Positions 26,055 to 34,229 of a DNA stretch of 36,409 bases are shown here, piece by piece. Numbering within the stretch: the stretch's first letter is position 1; each line of letters starts with the position of its first letter. A program made the position numbers and the translations under genes. Origin of the DNA: a virus (lineage: Duplodnaviria > Caudoviricetes); the IMG/VR virus record IMGVR_UViG_3300014208_000318, positions 1 through 36,409 of that record, one strand, 5' to 3'. The notes beneath the pieces are model-generated. The model made no database searches. It worked only from the letters and a program-made list of their open reading frames with translations, and was not told the origin of the DNA.

Positions 26055-26260
26055 GCGCCAGGGTCTGTCGCATCTGTGGCGAGGAGCGAAACGAGAAGAC
26101 CGGTGCCTGCCGGAACGGCTGCGATTGCGTGACCGCGCGACCGGTGGGCGCTGAGTTTAGCGTCCAGGTTGTCAGCCAAGCCGAGGATGCGCCGGTGCGG
26201 ACCGTGGCGCACGGCGGGCTTCGCCGGATGCCGACGACCAGGAATGAGGCGGGGGAATGA
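26051..26260 (+). CDS. Hypothetical Cys-rich protein
   Basis: GTGA overlap; CxxC..C.C. Confidence 0.4.
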   Translation: MSARVCRICGEERNEKTGACRNGCDCVTARPVGAEFSVQVVSQAEDAPVRTVAHGGLRRMPTTRNEAGE

Positions 26261-26550
26261 CGCCTCCATGGACCTCGGCCCTCGAGGCGGAGCTGCGCTA
26301 CCTCATCCGGCGTGAATACCGGCGCCAGCAGCGCGCGGATGCGAGCTGTCGAGGCAAGAACGGATTCCAGACGGCGAAGCATGCCCACCAGGCCATTCCG
26401 GCGCGCGCCATGCATGGCTACGTCACCGTCTACCGCTGCGAGGTGTGCCGTTTGTGGCACGTCGGCAGCCACCTTTCCCCGAAGCGGCGTCTGGACCGCT
26501 CCGGCCATGACCCATTTCCAGAGACCACAACCATCAGGAGAAGCTCATGA
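26257..26550 (+). CDS. Small zinc-ribbon-like protein
   Basis: 'C.GK..F..YRCEVCRLWHVG'; ATGA-coupled to DGR target 1. Confidence 0.6.
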   Translation: MTPPWTSALEAELRYLIRREYRRQQRADASCRGKNGFQTAKHAHQAIPARAMHGYVTVYRCEVCRLWHVGSHLSPKRRLDRSGHDPFPETTTIRRSS

Positions 26551-26918
26551 GCAAAGCACAGTGGATCAAAGACAACCTCAAGCCCGGCGAAGAATACGCC
26601 GGCATCATCCTCGGCAAGAACGGCGAGCAGGACTATCACCTGATCCTGCTGCCCGGCGAGATCGAGCGCGCCGGCTGGGATAAGGCGATGGCTTGGGCAA
26701 AGACCGGCACCGGTCAACTGCCCACCCGCCGCGAGCAGTCGCTGCTGTTCGCCAACCTGCGCGAGCACTTCAAAGCGGCCTGGTACTGGTCCTGCGAGCA
26801 GCACGCCGCCGACTCCGGTTATGCCTGGGACCAGAGCTTCACCAACGGCGACCAGGACGACAACCACAAGAGCTACGAAGGCCGTGCCCGCGCCGTCCGC
26901 AGATTGCCCATTCAGTAA
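26547..26918 (+). CDS. DGR target protein 1 (DUF1566/CLec-fold-like, 123 aa)
   Basis: 'W..AMAWA..LPTRREQSLL..WYWS..AW.Q.F..G..RARAVRR'; C-terminal VR. Confidence 0.9.
   Translation: MSKAQWIKDNLKPGEEYAGIILGKNGEQDYHLILLPGEIERAGWDKAMAWAKTGTGQLPTRREQSLLFANLREHFKAAWYWSCEQHAADSGYAWDQSFTNGDQDDNHKSYEGRARAVRRLPIQ
26798..26904 (+). repeat. Variable repeat VR1
   Basis: 107 bp; 6 mismatches to TR, all at TR adenines. Confidence 0.95.
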
Positions 26919-26951
26919 TTCATCAATTCATCCATTTCAGGAGCGCACACA

Positions 26952-27401
26952 ATGAACATCACCCTTGACGCCATCAAGGCCGAACAGTCGAAGATTGCCG
27001 CGATGATCGCGGCCTTCGAGCAGCAGCCGTCCTACCCGATCACCATCCCCTTCCCGACACTCAACGAGGGCGAGCAGTTCATCGGCGTGATCATCAGCGC
27101 CGACGGCAGCAAGCGCCACGCGCTGATCCTGCTCCCCGGCGAGAAGACGGACATCAAGTGGGACCAGGCAATGGACTGGGCGAAGTCGATCGGCGGCGAA
27201 CTCCCCGACCGCTGCGAAAGCGCGTTGCTGTTCGCCACCATGAAAGATGAATTCAGCCCCGAGTGGTACTGGACGCGCGAGCAGCACGCCGCCGACTCCG
27301 GTTGTGCCTGGGTCCAGGGCTTCGACTACGGCTACCAGAGCCTCAACCGCAAGAGCTACGAAGGCCGTGCCCGCGCCGTCCGCAGATTAGAAATTCAGTA
27401 A
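26952..27401 (+). CDS. DGR target protein 2 (DUF1566/CLec-fold-like, 149 aa)
   Basis: AGGAG RBS; paralogue of target 1 with an extra N-terminal helix; C-terminal VR. Confidence 0.9.
   Translation: MNITLDAIKAEQSKIAAMIAAFEQQPSYPITIPFPTLNEGEQFIGVIISADGSKRHALILLPGEKTDIKWDQAMDWAKSIGGELPDRCESALLFATMKDEFSPEWYWTREQHAADSGCAWVQGFDYGYQSLNRKSYEGRARAVRRLEIQ
27281..27387 (+). repeat. Variable repeat VR2
   Basis: 107 bp; 12 mismatches to TR, all at TR adenines. Confidence 0.95.
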
Positions 27402-27428
27402 TTCTGTCATTTGATTTTCATCATCAGC

Positions 27429-27794
27429 ATGGCACTCCACACCGACCTGCCGATCTACAAAGTGGCCTACGACCTCTTTGATGTCTGCACGGACCTCGCC
27501 AAGAACATGGCCCGAGATTTCAAGACGGGCATCGGCGGCAAGCTCCGTGACGAATGCATCGAGATCGTGACGCTGATCTTTCGGGCGAACGTCGCCCAGG
27601 ACAAGACGCCGCACCTGGACACGCTGATCGAGCGTGTGCAGGTGATCGAGCTGATGCTGCGCCTGTCCTGCGACAAGCACCTGATATCGAGAGGCCAGTA
27701 CGCCAAGGCAGTCGAGCTGACGCGTAGCGTCGCCCGGCAGGCCAGTGGATGGCGCCGCGCATCTTTCGCCAACGCACGTTCGCCCGCTTCATGA
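27429..27794 (+). CDS. avd: Avd-like accessory variability determinant (four-helix bundle)
   Basis: 'LPIYKVAYDL..RDFK..IG..LRLS.D..LIS..QY..RQASGW'; between targets and TR. Confidence 0.85.
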   Translation: MALHTDLPIYKVAYDLFDVCTDLAKNMARDFKTGIGGKLRDECIEIVTLIFRANVAQDKTPHLDTLIERVQVIELMLRLSCDKHLISRGQYAKAVELTRSVARQASGWRRASFANARSPAS

Positions 27795-27940
27795 AGGTCA
27801 AGGCCGTCATGACTGAGCGACTTTTTAATCTGGTCGTGCCGCTGGCTCACAAGGCCACCGACATGCGCACTTGCGATACCGCCGGCAGCCGCCGGGACAG
27901 GTCCGGCGCAGTTCCCGTGCCGAGGATTCGGCACGGTGAC

Positions 27941-29185
27941 GTGGATAGCACGACAGGACGCAGCACGCCGCCGACTCCGGTTATGCCTGGAACCAGAACT
28001 TCAACAACGGCAACCAGAACAACAACCACAAGAGCTACGAAGGCCGTGCCCGCGCCGTCCGCAGATCAAACCGCGCGCCACCCTGCTGATGTTTCTTTCA
28101 CCGAGCTGGTCGAAGCGTATTTCGACTGCCGCCGCACCAAGCGCAACAGCGCCGCGGCGCTGGCCTTCGAGCAGCGCCTGGAGCCTAACCTCGCCCGGCT
28201 GTACCAGGAGCTGGTGGCGGGCGCCTACCGCCCCGGCCGCAGCATCTGCTTTGTCGTCACCCGGCCGCGGCCGCGCGAAGTCTGGGCGGCGGAGTTCCGC
28301 GACCGGATCGTCCATCACCTGCTCTACAACCGGATCGCGCCGCGCTTTCACGCGGCCTTCATGACCGACAGCTGCGCCTGCATCCCTGGGCGCGGCACGC
28401 TGTACGCGGCGCGGCGGCTGGAAGCCAAGATCCGCAGCGCGACACAGAACTGGAGCCGGGCGGCCCATTACCTGAAGCTGGACCTGGCGAGCTTCTTTGT
28501 CTCGATCGACAAGCGCATCCTGCGCGATCAGCTTGCGGCCCGCGTCGTCGAGCCCTGGTGGATGGCGCTGGCCGAGACCATCCTGTTCCACGATCCGCGC
28601 GAGAACTTCGAGCTGCACGGCTCGCCGGCGCTGCTCGATCGCGTGCCGCCGCACAAGCGCCTGGCCAACCAGCCGGCGTACCTCGGGCTGCCGATCGGCA
28701 ACCTCTCGTCGCAATTCTTCGCCAATGTCCACCTCGACGCGCTGGACCAATTCGTCAAGCACCGCATCGGCGCCCGGCATTACATCCGGTACGTCGATGA
28801 CTTCGTGCTGCTCCATGAGTCGCCGCAGTGGCTCAACGCCGCGAAGGCAGAGATCGAGGCCTTCCTCGCCAGCCGGCTGAGTCTGCGCCTCAACCAGGGC
28901 AAGACGATCCTGCAGCCCATCGAGCGCGGCGGCGACTTCGTCGGGCAGGTGATCAAGCCCTGGTGCCGCACCACGCGCCGGCGCACCGTGGCCACGGCGC
29001 TACAGCGCACCGCCGCGATGCCAGCCGAAGATCTGTTCGAGACCGCCAACAGCTATTTCGGCCTGCTGCGTCAGGCGGGGAGCAGCCACACCGATCGCGC
29101 CAGGCTGGGCAACCTGCTGCGGCATCGCGGGCACTGCGTCAATGGCGCCCTCACGAAAACTTTCAGGGTTTCCGGGGCTCGATAG
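27941..29185 (+). CDS. DGR reverse transcriptase (start uncertain; candidates include GTG 27941 and ATG 27983; conserved core from ~28097)
   Basis: 'RDRIVHH', 'LKLDLASFF.SI', DGR signature 'LPIGNLSSQFFAN', catalytic 'YIRYVDD'. Confidence 0.95.
   Translation: MDSTTGRSTPPTPVMPGTRTSTTATRTTTTRATKAVPAPSADQTARHPADVSFTELVEAYFDCRRTKRNSAAALAFEQRLEPNLARLYQELVAGAYRPGRSICFVVTRPRPREVWAAEFRDRIVHHLLYNRIAPRFHAAFMTDSCACIPGRGTLYAARRLEAKIRSATQNWSRAAHYLKLDLASFFVSIDKRILRDQLAARVVEPWWMALAETILFHDPRENFELHGSPALLDRVPPHKRLANQPAYLGLPIGNLSSQFFANVHLDALDQFVKHRIGARHYIRYVDDFVLLHESPQWLNAAKAEIEAFLASRLSLRLNQGKTILQPIERGGDFVGQVIKPWCRTTRRRTVATALQRTAAMPAEDLFETANSYFGLLRQAGSSHTDRARLGNLLRHRGHCVNGALTKTFRVSGAR
27960..28066 (+). ncRNA. 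DGR template repeat (TR)
   Basis: Adenine-rich master copy with 8 AAC codons in the VR frame; identical to VR1 and VR2 at all non-A positions. Confidence 0.95.
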
Positions 29186-29221
29186 CCCGAAGCCTCAACC
29201 ACCATCTTCCTAGCCCGACCC

Positions 29222-32020
29222 ATGGCCACCATCGAAGAACTCAAATCCCGCATCGACCTTCACGACCTTGCCGACAAGCTGGGGCTGAAGCGCGGCGCCA
29301 GCGGCAACTATCATTCGCCGCATCGCAAGGACGAAAACCCGTCGCTGTCGGTTTACGTGCACAACGGCGTGCCGGGCTGGAAGGATCACGCCGGCGGGCC
29401 GGAGGCGAAAGGCTCCTGCATTGACCTGGTGCTCTTCGTCGAGGGCGGCGATGTCGCCGGCGCGGTTAAGCGCCTGCACGAGCTCTACGGCTGGCCGCTG
29501 GACCGACCCAAGGGCCAGGGGCAAGGGCAGGGGGCCAGCACCGAGCCGCAGCGCGAGAAAAGCCGCGCCGAGTACATTGCCGACCGATGCCTGACCGAGA
29601 CCAAGCGCGCCTTCGACTACCTGGTGGAGGAGCGCAAGATCACGCCCGACGTCGCGCAGCGCGCGATCGCGCGCAAGATGGTTGGCTTCAACGACTGGAC
29701 CAGCGCCAAGATCGAGGCTGGCCAGCATGGCCACGGCGGCGCGGCTTGCGCTTTTATCGTGCGCACCCTGAATCCGGGCCACGTGGTGGCGGTAGATCTG
29801 CGCTACCTCGACCCGACGCTGAACGGCGGCACCAAGACGCAGTGTCAGGGCGAGAAGCGCGGCTACGGCTGGACCAGCGACTTGAAGCGCCTGATGGCAG
29901 CCGAGCGGGTGATCTTCGTCGAGAGCCCGATCAACGCGCTGTCGGTGGAGTGCGCGCTGCGCCATCCGCGCGTCGCGGCCTTCGCCATTCGCGGCGTGGC
30001 CAACACGGATCTGGACTGGACCTGGATGCGCGGCAAGCAGGCAATTCTCTGCATGGACAACGACAAACCCTTCCCGGCGCTGACCGAGAAGGGCGAGCCG
30101 CACCCGATGGCGGGGATCCGTCCAGGCTTGCAGGCGGCATGGTCGCTGCACGAGAGCATGACGGCGCTGGACATCTCGGCGCTGCTGGTGAGTCAGGAGG
30201 AGTGGGAGCACAACGACGTCAACGACATCCTGAAGGCGGAAGGGCCGGACGCGCTGAAGTCGCTGCTGGGCAAACTGGAGCCCTGGTTGATTCCTGGCAT
30301 GGTCGGGAAGGTCGACGGCGCCAAAAAGCGCGTATTCCTGCCGGCGCACCACTTCGGTGTCTATCAGGACTATCGCGTCAAGGAAGACTTCACCTCGATC
30401 TTCGCGATTCGCAAGGTACGCAACGCCGACGGCGAGGAGCAGGAGATCCCGTATTACAAGGATCTGGCGGGCTTCCGCATCGCCTCGATCTCGCGCGTGC
30501 GGATCCAGTCCGCCGGCGCGACCATGACCGGCGACGACGACAGCCAGCCCAAGACACTGTTCGCGGTGTCCGTGCAGACCACGCGGCACGGTGCGATGCT
30601 GGTGCGCAAGGTGGTGGAGGACGAGAAGCTGCACAACATCGACTCCTGGAAGAAGTTCGGCCCGGTGTTCACCCAGGTACCCTTCCTGCGCATGGTGAAT
30701 CTGCTCGAATGCGGCGCCCACATCGGGGCGCGCGACGCGGCAAACTTCGTCGGCCTGTGCTTCAAGGACGGCGAGCTGAAGGTCAACGAGGGCCCGGACT
30801 GTTACTTCACCAGCCCGGAGCAGCAGTGTCCTTACCACAACCTCACCTTCCCCACGGGAACGCGGCAGGACGCCCGCACGGTGATCGCGGCGTATCAGCA
30901 GACCTTCGGCCGCAATGCGGCCCTGCTGGCGCTGATCTGGGGCCTGGGTGCGCACCTGAAGGTGCTGCTCGGCTTCTGGCCGCACATGGAAATGCAGGCC
31001 GACAAGGGCGCCGGCAAGAGCACGCTGATCAAGCGCATGGAGCGCTCGATCGCCTTCACCATGCTCTCCGGCCAGAGCATGCAGACGGAGTACCGCCTGC
31101 TGACCTCGATCAGCCACACCTCGCACCCGGTGGGCTGGGAGGAGCTGTCGGCGCGCCGTCAGGACATCATCGACAAGGCCGTCGGCCTGCTGCAGGAGAA
31201 TTATCAATACACGGTGACCCGCCGCGGCGCCGACATGACCGAATATCTGCTCTCGGCGCCGGTGATGCTGGCCGGCGAGGATGTGCCGGTGCGCAGCCTG
31301 ATCGGCAAGCTGGTGCGCACCAAGCTGGTGGTCAAGGGGGCGATCATCGCCGACGACCTGCCGCGCTTCCCGGTTCGCCAGTGGCTGGAGTTCCTGACCA
31401 GCTTCACGCCGGCCCAGGTGCGCGCGATCTACGCCACCTTCAAGGACAAGTGCCTGGAGCAGTCCCGCGCCAGCGGTACCGACGACGGCGCGACGCGCAT
31501 GGCCGGCAATTACGCCGCGCTGCTGACGGCCTGGCGCCTGTTGGCCGAGTTCGCCGAGATAGACGTGCGCCAGGGCGAGCTGCCGACCGACCTGGTGGCC
31601 ACGATGAACGACCACATCAAGGAGACCAGCGCCGATCGCGCGCCCTGGGTTTGGATCCTGGAGACCGCGCTGGCGGAGATCGCTCGCCACAAGTTCGAGG
31701 CACCGCACGTGTTCGATCGCGTCGAAGACGAGGACGGCAAGGGCCACGAGTGCTTGTTGATCCGCACCAGCGACGTGATGCACCACCTGGCCACCACGTC
31801 GGCGCTGAAGGACCTCTGGAACGCCCTGCCGGTCAAGAGCGACCGCATCCTCAAGAAGCAGCTGACGCAGGCCGGCGTGACGATCGGCGATGGCCACGAG
31901 CGCACCATAGGCGCCGGCATGACGCGCCGGCGCGTGGCGCACATGACGGCCCTGTCCCTTTCCCAGCTGGCCGGCTTCGGTCTTCACGCCATACCGACCA
32001 ACGACATTCCCCCACTATGA
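29222..32020 (+). CDS. Primase/helicase replication protein (zinc-finger-like + TOPRIM + P-loop)
   Basis: 'YHSPHRKDENPS..WKDH', TOPRIM 'VESPINALS..CMDND', Walker A 'ADKGAGKST'. Confidence 0.85.
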   Translation: MATIEELKSRIDLHDLADKLGLKRGASGNYHSPHRKDENPSLSVYVHNGVPGWKDHAGGPEAKGSCIDLVLFVEGGDVAGAVKRLHELYGWPLDRPKGQGQGQGASTEPQREKSRAEYIADRCLTETKRAFDYLVEERKITPDVAQRAIARKMVGFNDWTSAKIEAGQHGHGGAACAFIVRTLNPGHVVAVDLRYLDPTLNGGTKTQCQGEKRGYGWTSDLKRLMAAERVIFVESPINALSVECALRHPRVAAFAIRGVANTDLDWTWMRGKQAILCMDNDKPFPALTEKGEPHPMAGIRPGLQAAWSLHESMTALDISALLVSQEEWEHNDVNDILKAEGPDALKSLLGKLEPWLIPGMVGKVDGAKKRVFLPAHHFGVYQDYRVKEDFTSIFAIRKVRNADGEEQEIPYYKDLAGFRIASISRVRIQSAGATMTGDDDSQPKTLFAVSVQTTRHGAMLVRKVVEDEKLHNIDSWKKFGPVFTQVPFLRMVNLLECGAHIGARDAANFVGLCFKDGELKVNEGPDCYFTSPEQQCPYHNLTFPTGTRQDARTVIAAYQQTFGRNAALLALIWGLGAHLKVLLGFWPHMEMQADKGAGKSTLIKRMERSIAFTMLSGQSMQTEYRLLTSISHTSHPVGWEELSARRQDIIDKAVGLLQENYQYTVTRRGADMTEYLLSAPVMLAGEDVPVRSLIGKLVRTKLVVKGAIIADDLPRFPVRQWLEFLTSFTPAQVRAIYATFKDKCLEQSRASGTDDGATRMAGNYAALLTAWRLLAEFAEIDVRQGELPTDLVATMNDHIKETSADRAPWVWILETALAEIARHKFEAPHVFDRVEDEDGKGHECLLIRTSDVMHHLATTSALKDLWNALPVKSDRILKKQLTQAGVTIGDGHERTIGAGMTRRRVAHMTALSLSQLAGFGLHAIPTNDIPPL

Positions 32021-32140
32021 CCCCCCGTACCCCCCATGAGTGCGGGCAGCCGCCCCTCGTCCGCCTGCGGCGGTTTTCCTTGGGAAAGGAGGGGGGGGAG
32101 GGCCGCGCGATTAAAAGTATTGTCGGGCGGTGTACGCAAA

Positions 32141-32488
32141 ACACGTGGATTAGGTGGGCTTATGCAGCTAAGTCATTGAACGTAGACAGGAAAGCTCTCA
32201 CGGGTTGGGGTCTTTTTTCCACATGTCGGCGCATCGCTTCCACGTGTTACCGCTGTTTTTCCACATGTGCCGCTTTTCGTCCGCGCCGCCGCTTCTCTCT
32301 CTATCTCTCTATTTATAAAAAGAAAAGAGAGAGAGAAGAGAGCTTGAAAGCGCAAGGCGGCATCCACGGGTTGCGATCTGGGCTCCACAAGTCATCCACG
32401 GGTTGTGGTCGTCATCCACGGGTAACACGTGGATGCGTTTCTGCAACGAATCAGGACGTTAGCTATTCCCGCGGGGCCATCCACGGGT
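32141..32488. repeat. Putative replication origin: TCCACNNGT iterons flanking an AT-rich core
   Basis: 9-mers at 32197, 32218, 32239, 32260, 32363, 32384, 32395, 32415, 32480; inverted copies at 32141 and 32425; 11-bp inverted repeat 32292-32302/32328-32338. Confidence 0.7.
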
Positions 32489-32538
32489 TTTCCCGTGCAC
32501 TCCCCGTACCTCCTTTTTTTCTCGGTTAGATCGCCCTC

Positions 32539-33018
32539 ATGACTAGACAGACTCTATTTTCACCATGTCGCACCTACCGGTATGTCCTGTGGCGCGAGTG
32601 GATCGGCGGCGACGGCTACGCGATGTTCATCGGCCTGAATCCAAGCACGGCCGACGAGACGCAGGACGATCCGACGATACGGCGCTGCATTGGCTACGCG
32701 AAGGCCTGGGGCTATTCCGGCCTGTGCATGACCAACCTGTTTGCCTTCCGTGCCACAGACCCGAAGAACATGAAGGCCGCTGCCGACCCGGTAGGGCCGG
32801 AGAATGATCAGCACCTGGGGATGCTGGCTCAACGTGCTGACGTGGTTGTTGCCGCGTGGGGAGCGAGCGGGGCGCATCTGGGTCGGGACGCCAAGGTTAT
32901 CGCGATGCTCGATCAGTCACTTTTCTGCCTGGCGCGGACGAAGGGCGGGCACCCAGGGCACCCGCTGTATTTGCCCAAGACATTGACGCCGGTTCCTCTG
33001 GGATCGAACCATGGGTGA
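32539..33018 (+). CDS. DUF1643 domain protein
   Basis: 'FSPCRTYRY.L..FIGLNPSTAD..DDPTIRRC..NLFAFRATDP..AAWG..PGHPLY'. Confidence 0.9.
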   Translation: MTRQTLFSPCRTYRYVLWREWIGGDGYAMFIGLNPSTADETQDDPTIRRCIGYAKAWGYSGLCMTNLFAFRATDPKNMKAAADPVGPENDQHLGMLAQRADVVVAAWGASGAHLGRDAKVIAMLDQSLFCLARTKGGHPGHPLYLPKTLTPVPLGSNHG

Positions 33019-34018
33019 CCTGATCAGCCAATGGCTGGACTTCATGCGCCACAACCGTGGGCGCTCCGAACGAACCATCCAGGTGTATCGCCTGGCGCTG
33101 ACCCGCCTCGAGGAGTTCCTGGTCGAGATCAAGCGCGACTGGCTTGCCGCGACTCACGACGACCTACTGGTCTTCACTGGTCTGTGGCTGCATCGCAAGG
33201 GCCTCAAGGATCCGCTGTCGCGCCGGCCGATGGTCTCTGCGGTGCGCGAGTTCTACCGCTGGGCCGCCACCCGGGGCATGCTGGCCAACAGCCCGGCCGC
33301 GGCCGTTCCGTACCCGCGCGCCGGCCGCAAGCTGCCCAGGGTGATGACGCTGGCCAGCGCCGAGAAGCTGATGTGGGCGCCGGACTTCGGCACCTTCGAG
33401 GGCGTGCGCGACGGCGCCATGCTGGCCGTGCTGATCGGCTGCGGCCTGCGCGTCAGCGGCCTGGTGCGACTGAACGAGAGCGCGATCCAGCGCGAGGTGA
33501 TCGACAAGCTGCAGCGCCTGGTACTCCAGGTCACCGAGAAGGGGAACAAGCAGCGCCGGATCCCGGTGCCGGAGCAGGCTGCGCTGCTCCTCGGGATCTA
33601 CCTCGAGCACCCCGAGCTGAAGGACATGGATCGCCTGCTGCCGAATGGTGACCAGGTGCTCTTCGTCAGCGTCCGCAATCGCACCGTGCCAGCCCATGAG
33701 TATCGCGGCGAGAACCGTCGCCTGCGCCGCGGCGCGGTGCTTGCCATGATCAAGCGCTACGGCACACTGCATGGCATTCCACCGGAGCAGCTCCACCCCC
33801 ACGCGCTACGCCACCTGTTCGGCACCGAGCTGCGCGAGGACGAGGTTGATCTGGTAACGCGCCAGCGCCTGCTGGGGCATGCCGACCCCAAGAGCACCGA
33901 GATCTACGACCACCTGGCGATGCGCAAGGTCACGCGCGACATCGATCGCGCCAGCCCGTTGGCCAAGATCCGCACGCCGGCCAGCGACCTCCTGCGCCAG
34001 CTCAAGGCCCGTCCATGA
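33011..34018 (+). CDS. Tyrosine recombinase (XerC/D-like, with N-terminal SAM-like domain)
   Basis: 'GRSERTIQVY', 'CGLRVSGL', 'EKGNKQR', 'HPHALRH', 'LLGHAD..TEIY'. Confidence 0.9.
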   Translation: MGDLISQWLDFMRHNRGRSERTIQVYRLALTRLEEFLVEIKRDWLAATHDDLLVFTGLWLHRKGLKDPLSRRPMVSAVREFYRWAATRGMLANSPAAAVPYPRAGRKLPRVMTLASAEKLMWAPDFGTFEGVRDGAMLAVLIGCGLRVSGLVRLNESAIQREVIDKLQRLVLQVTEKGNKQRRIPVPEQAALLLGIYLEHPELKDMDRLLPNGDQVLFVSVRNRTVPAHEYRGENRRLRRGAVLAMIKRYGTLHGIPPEQLHPHALRHLFGTELREDEVDLVTRQRLLGHADPKSTEIYDHLAMRKVTRDIDRASPLAKIRTPASDLLRQLKARP

Positions 34019-34229
34019 CCGTCCTTCTTCATTGCAGCCTAGCGCAACCCCCATTAGGGGCGGTAGCTATGGGAGAGAGAGGGCGCAACGGTGGGCGGAT
34101 CGGGGTGATCACGGGGGCGCTACGTCTTCTATAAGAATACGGGCTAAGTCAAACAGGGGTGCGCAACTTCGCACAGTGACACAAAGCGAAGTGAGACAAC
34201 GTAGCAACGAGGGATCAAGGGGGATCACG

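Larger units (their letters stand above)
26547..29185 (+). mobile_element. Diversity-generating retroelement: target1(VR1)-target2(VR2)-avd-TR-RT
   Basis: Three 107-bp repeats differing only at TR adenines, with Avd-like and DGR-type RT genes. Confidence 0.97.

Noticed and set aside
26798-28066. Three long repeats as a CRISPR array or simple duplication
   Set aside because: No repeat-spacer structure or cas genes; the strictly adenine-specific mismatches identify TR/VR
27936-28364. 142-aa ORF over TR
   Set aside because: Third-frame by-product of TR/RT with no protein-like features
27749-29185. RT as a group II intron, retron or Abi RT
   Set aside because: IGNLSSQ motif, adjacent Avd and TR/VR; no maturase/endonuclease extension or retron VTG motif
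29587-32529. 980-aa alternative-frame plus-strand ORF running into the repeat region
   Set aside because: Arg/Gly/Pro-rich off-frame shadow of the primase; its tail crosses the iteron array
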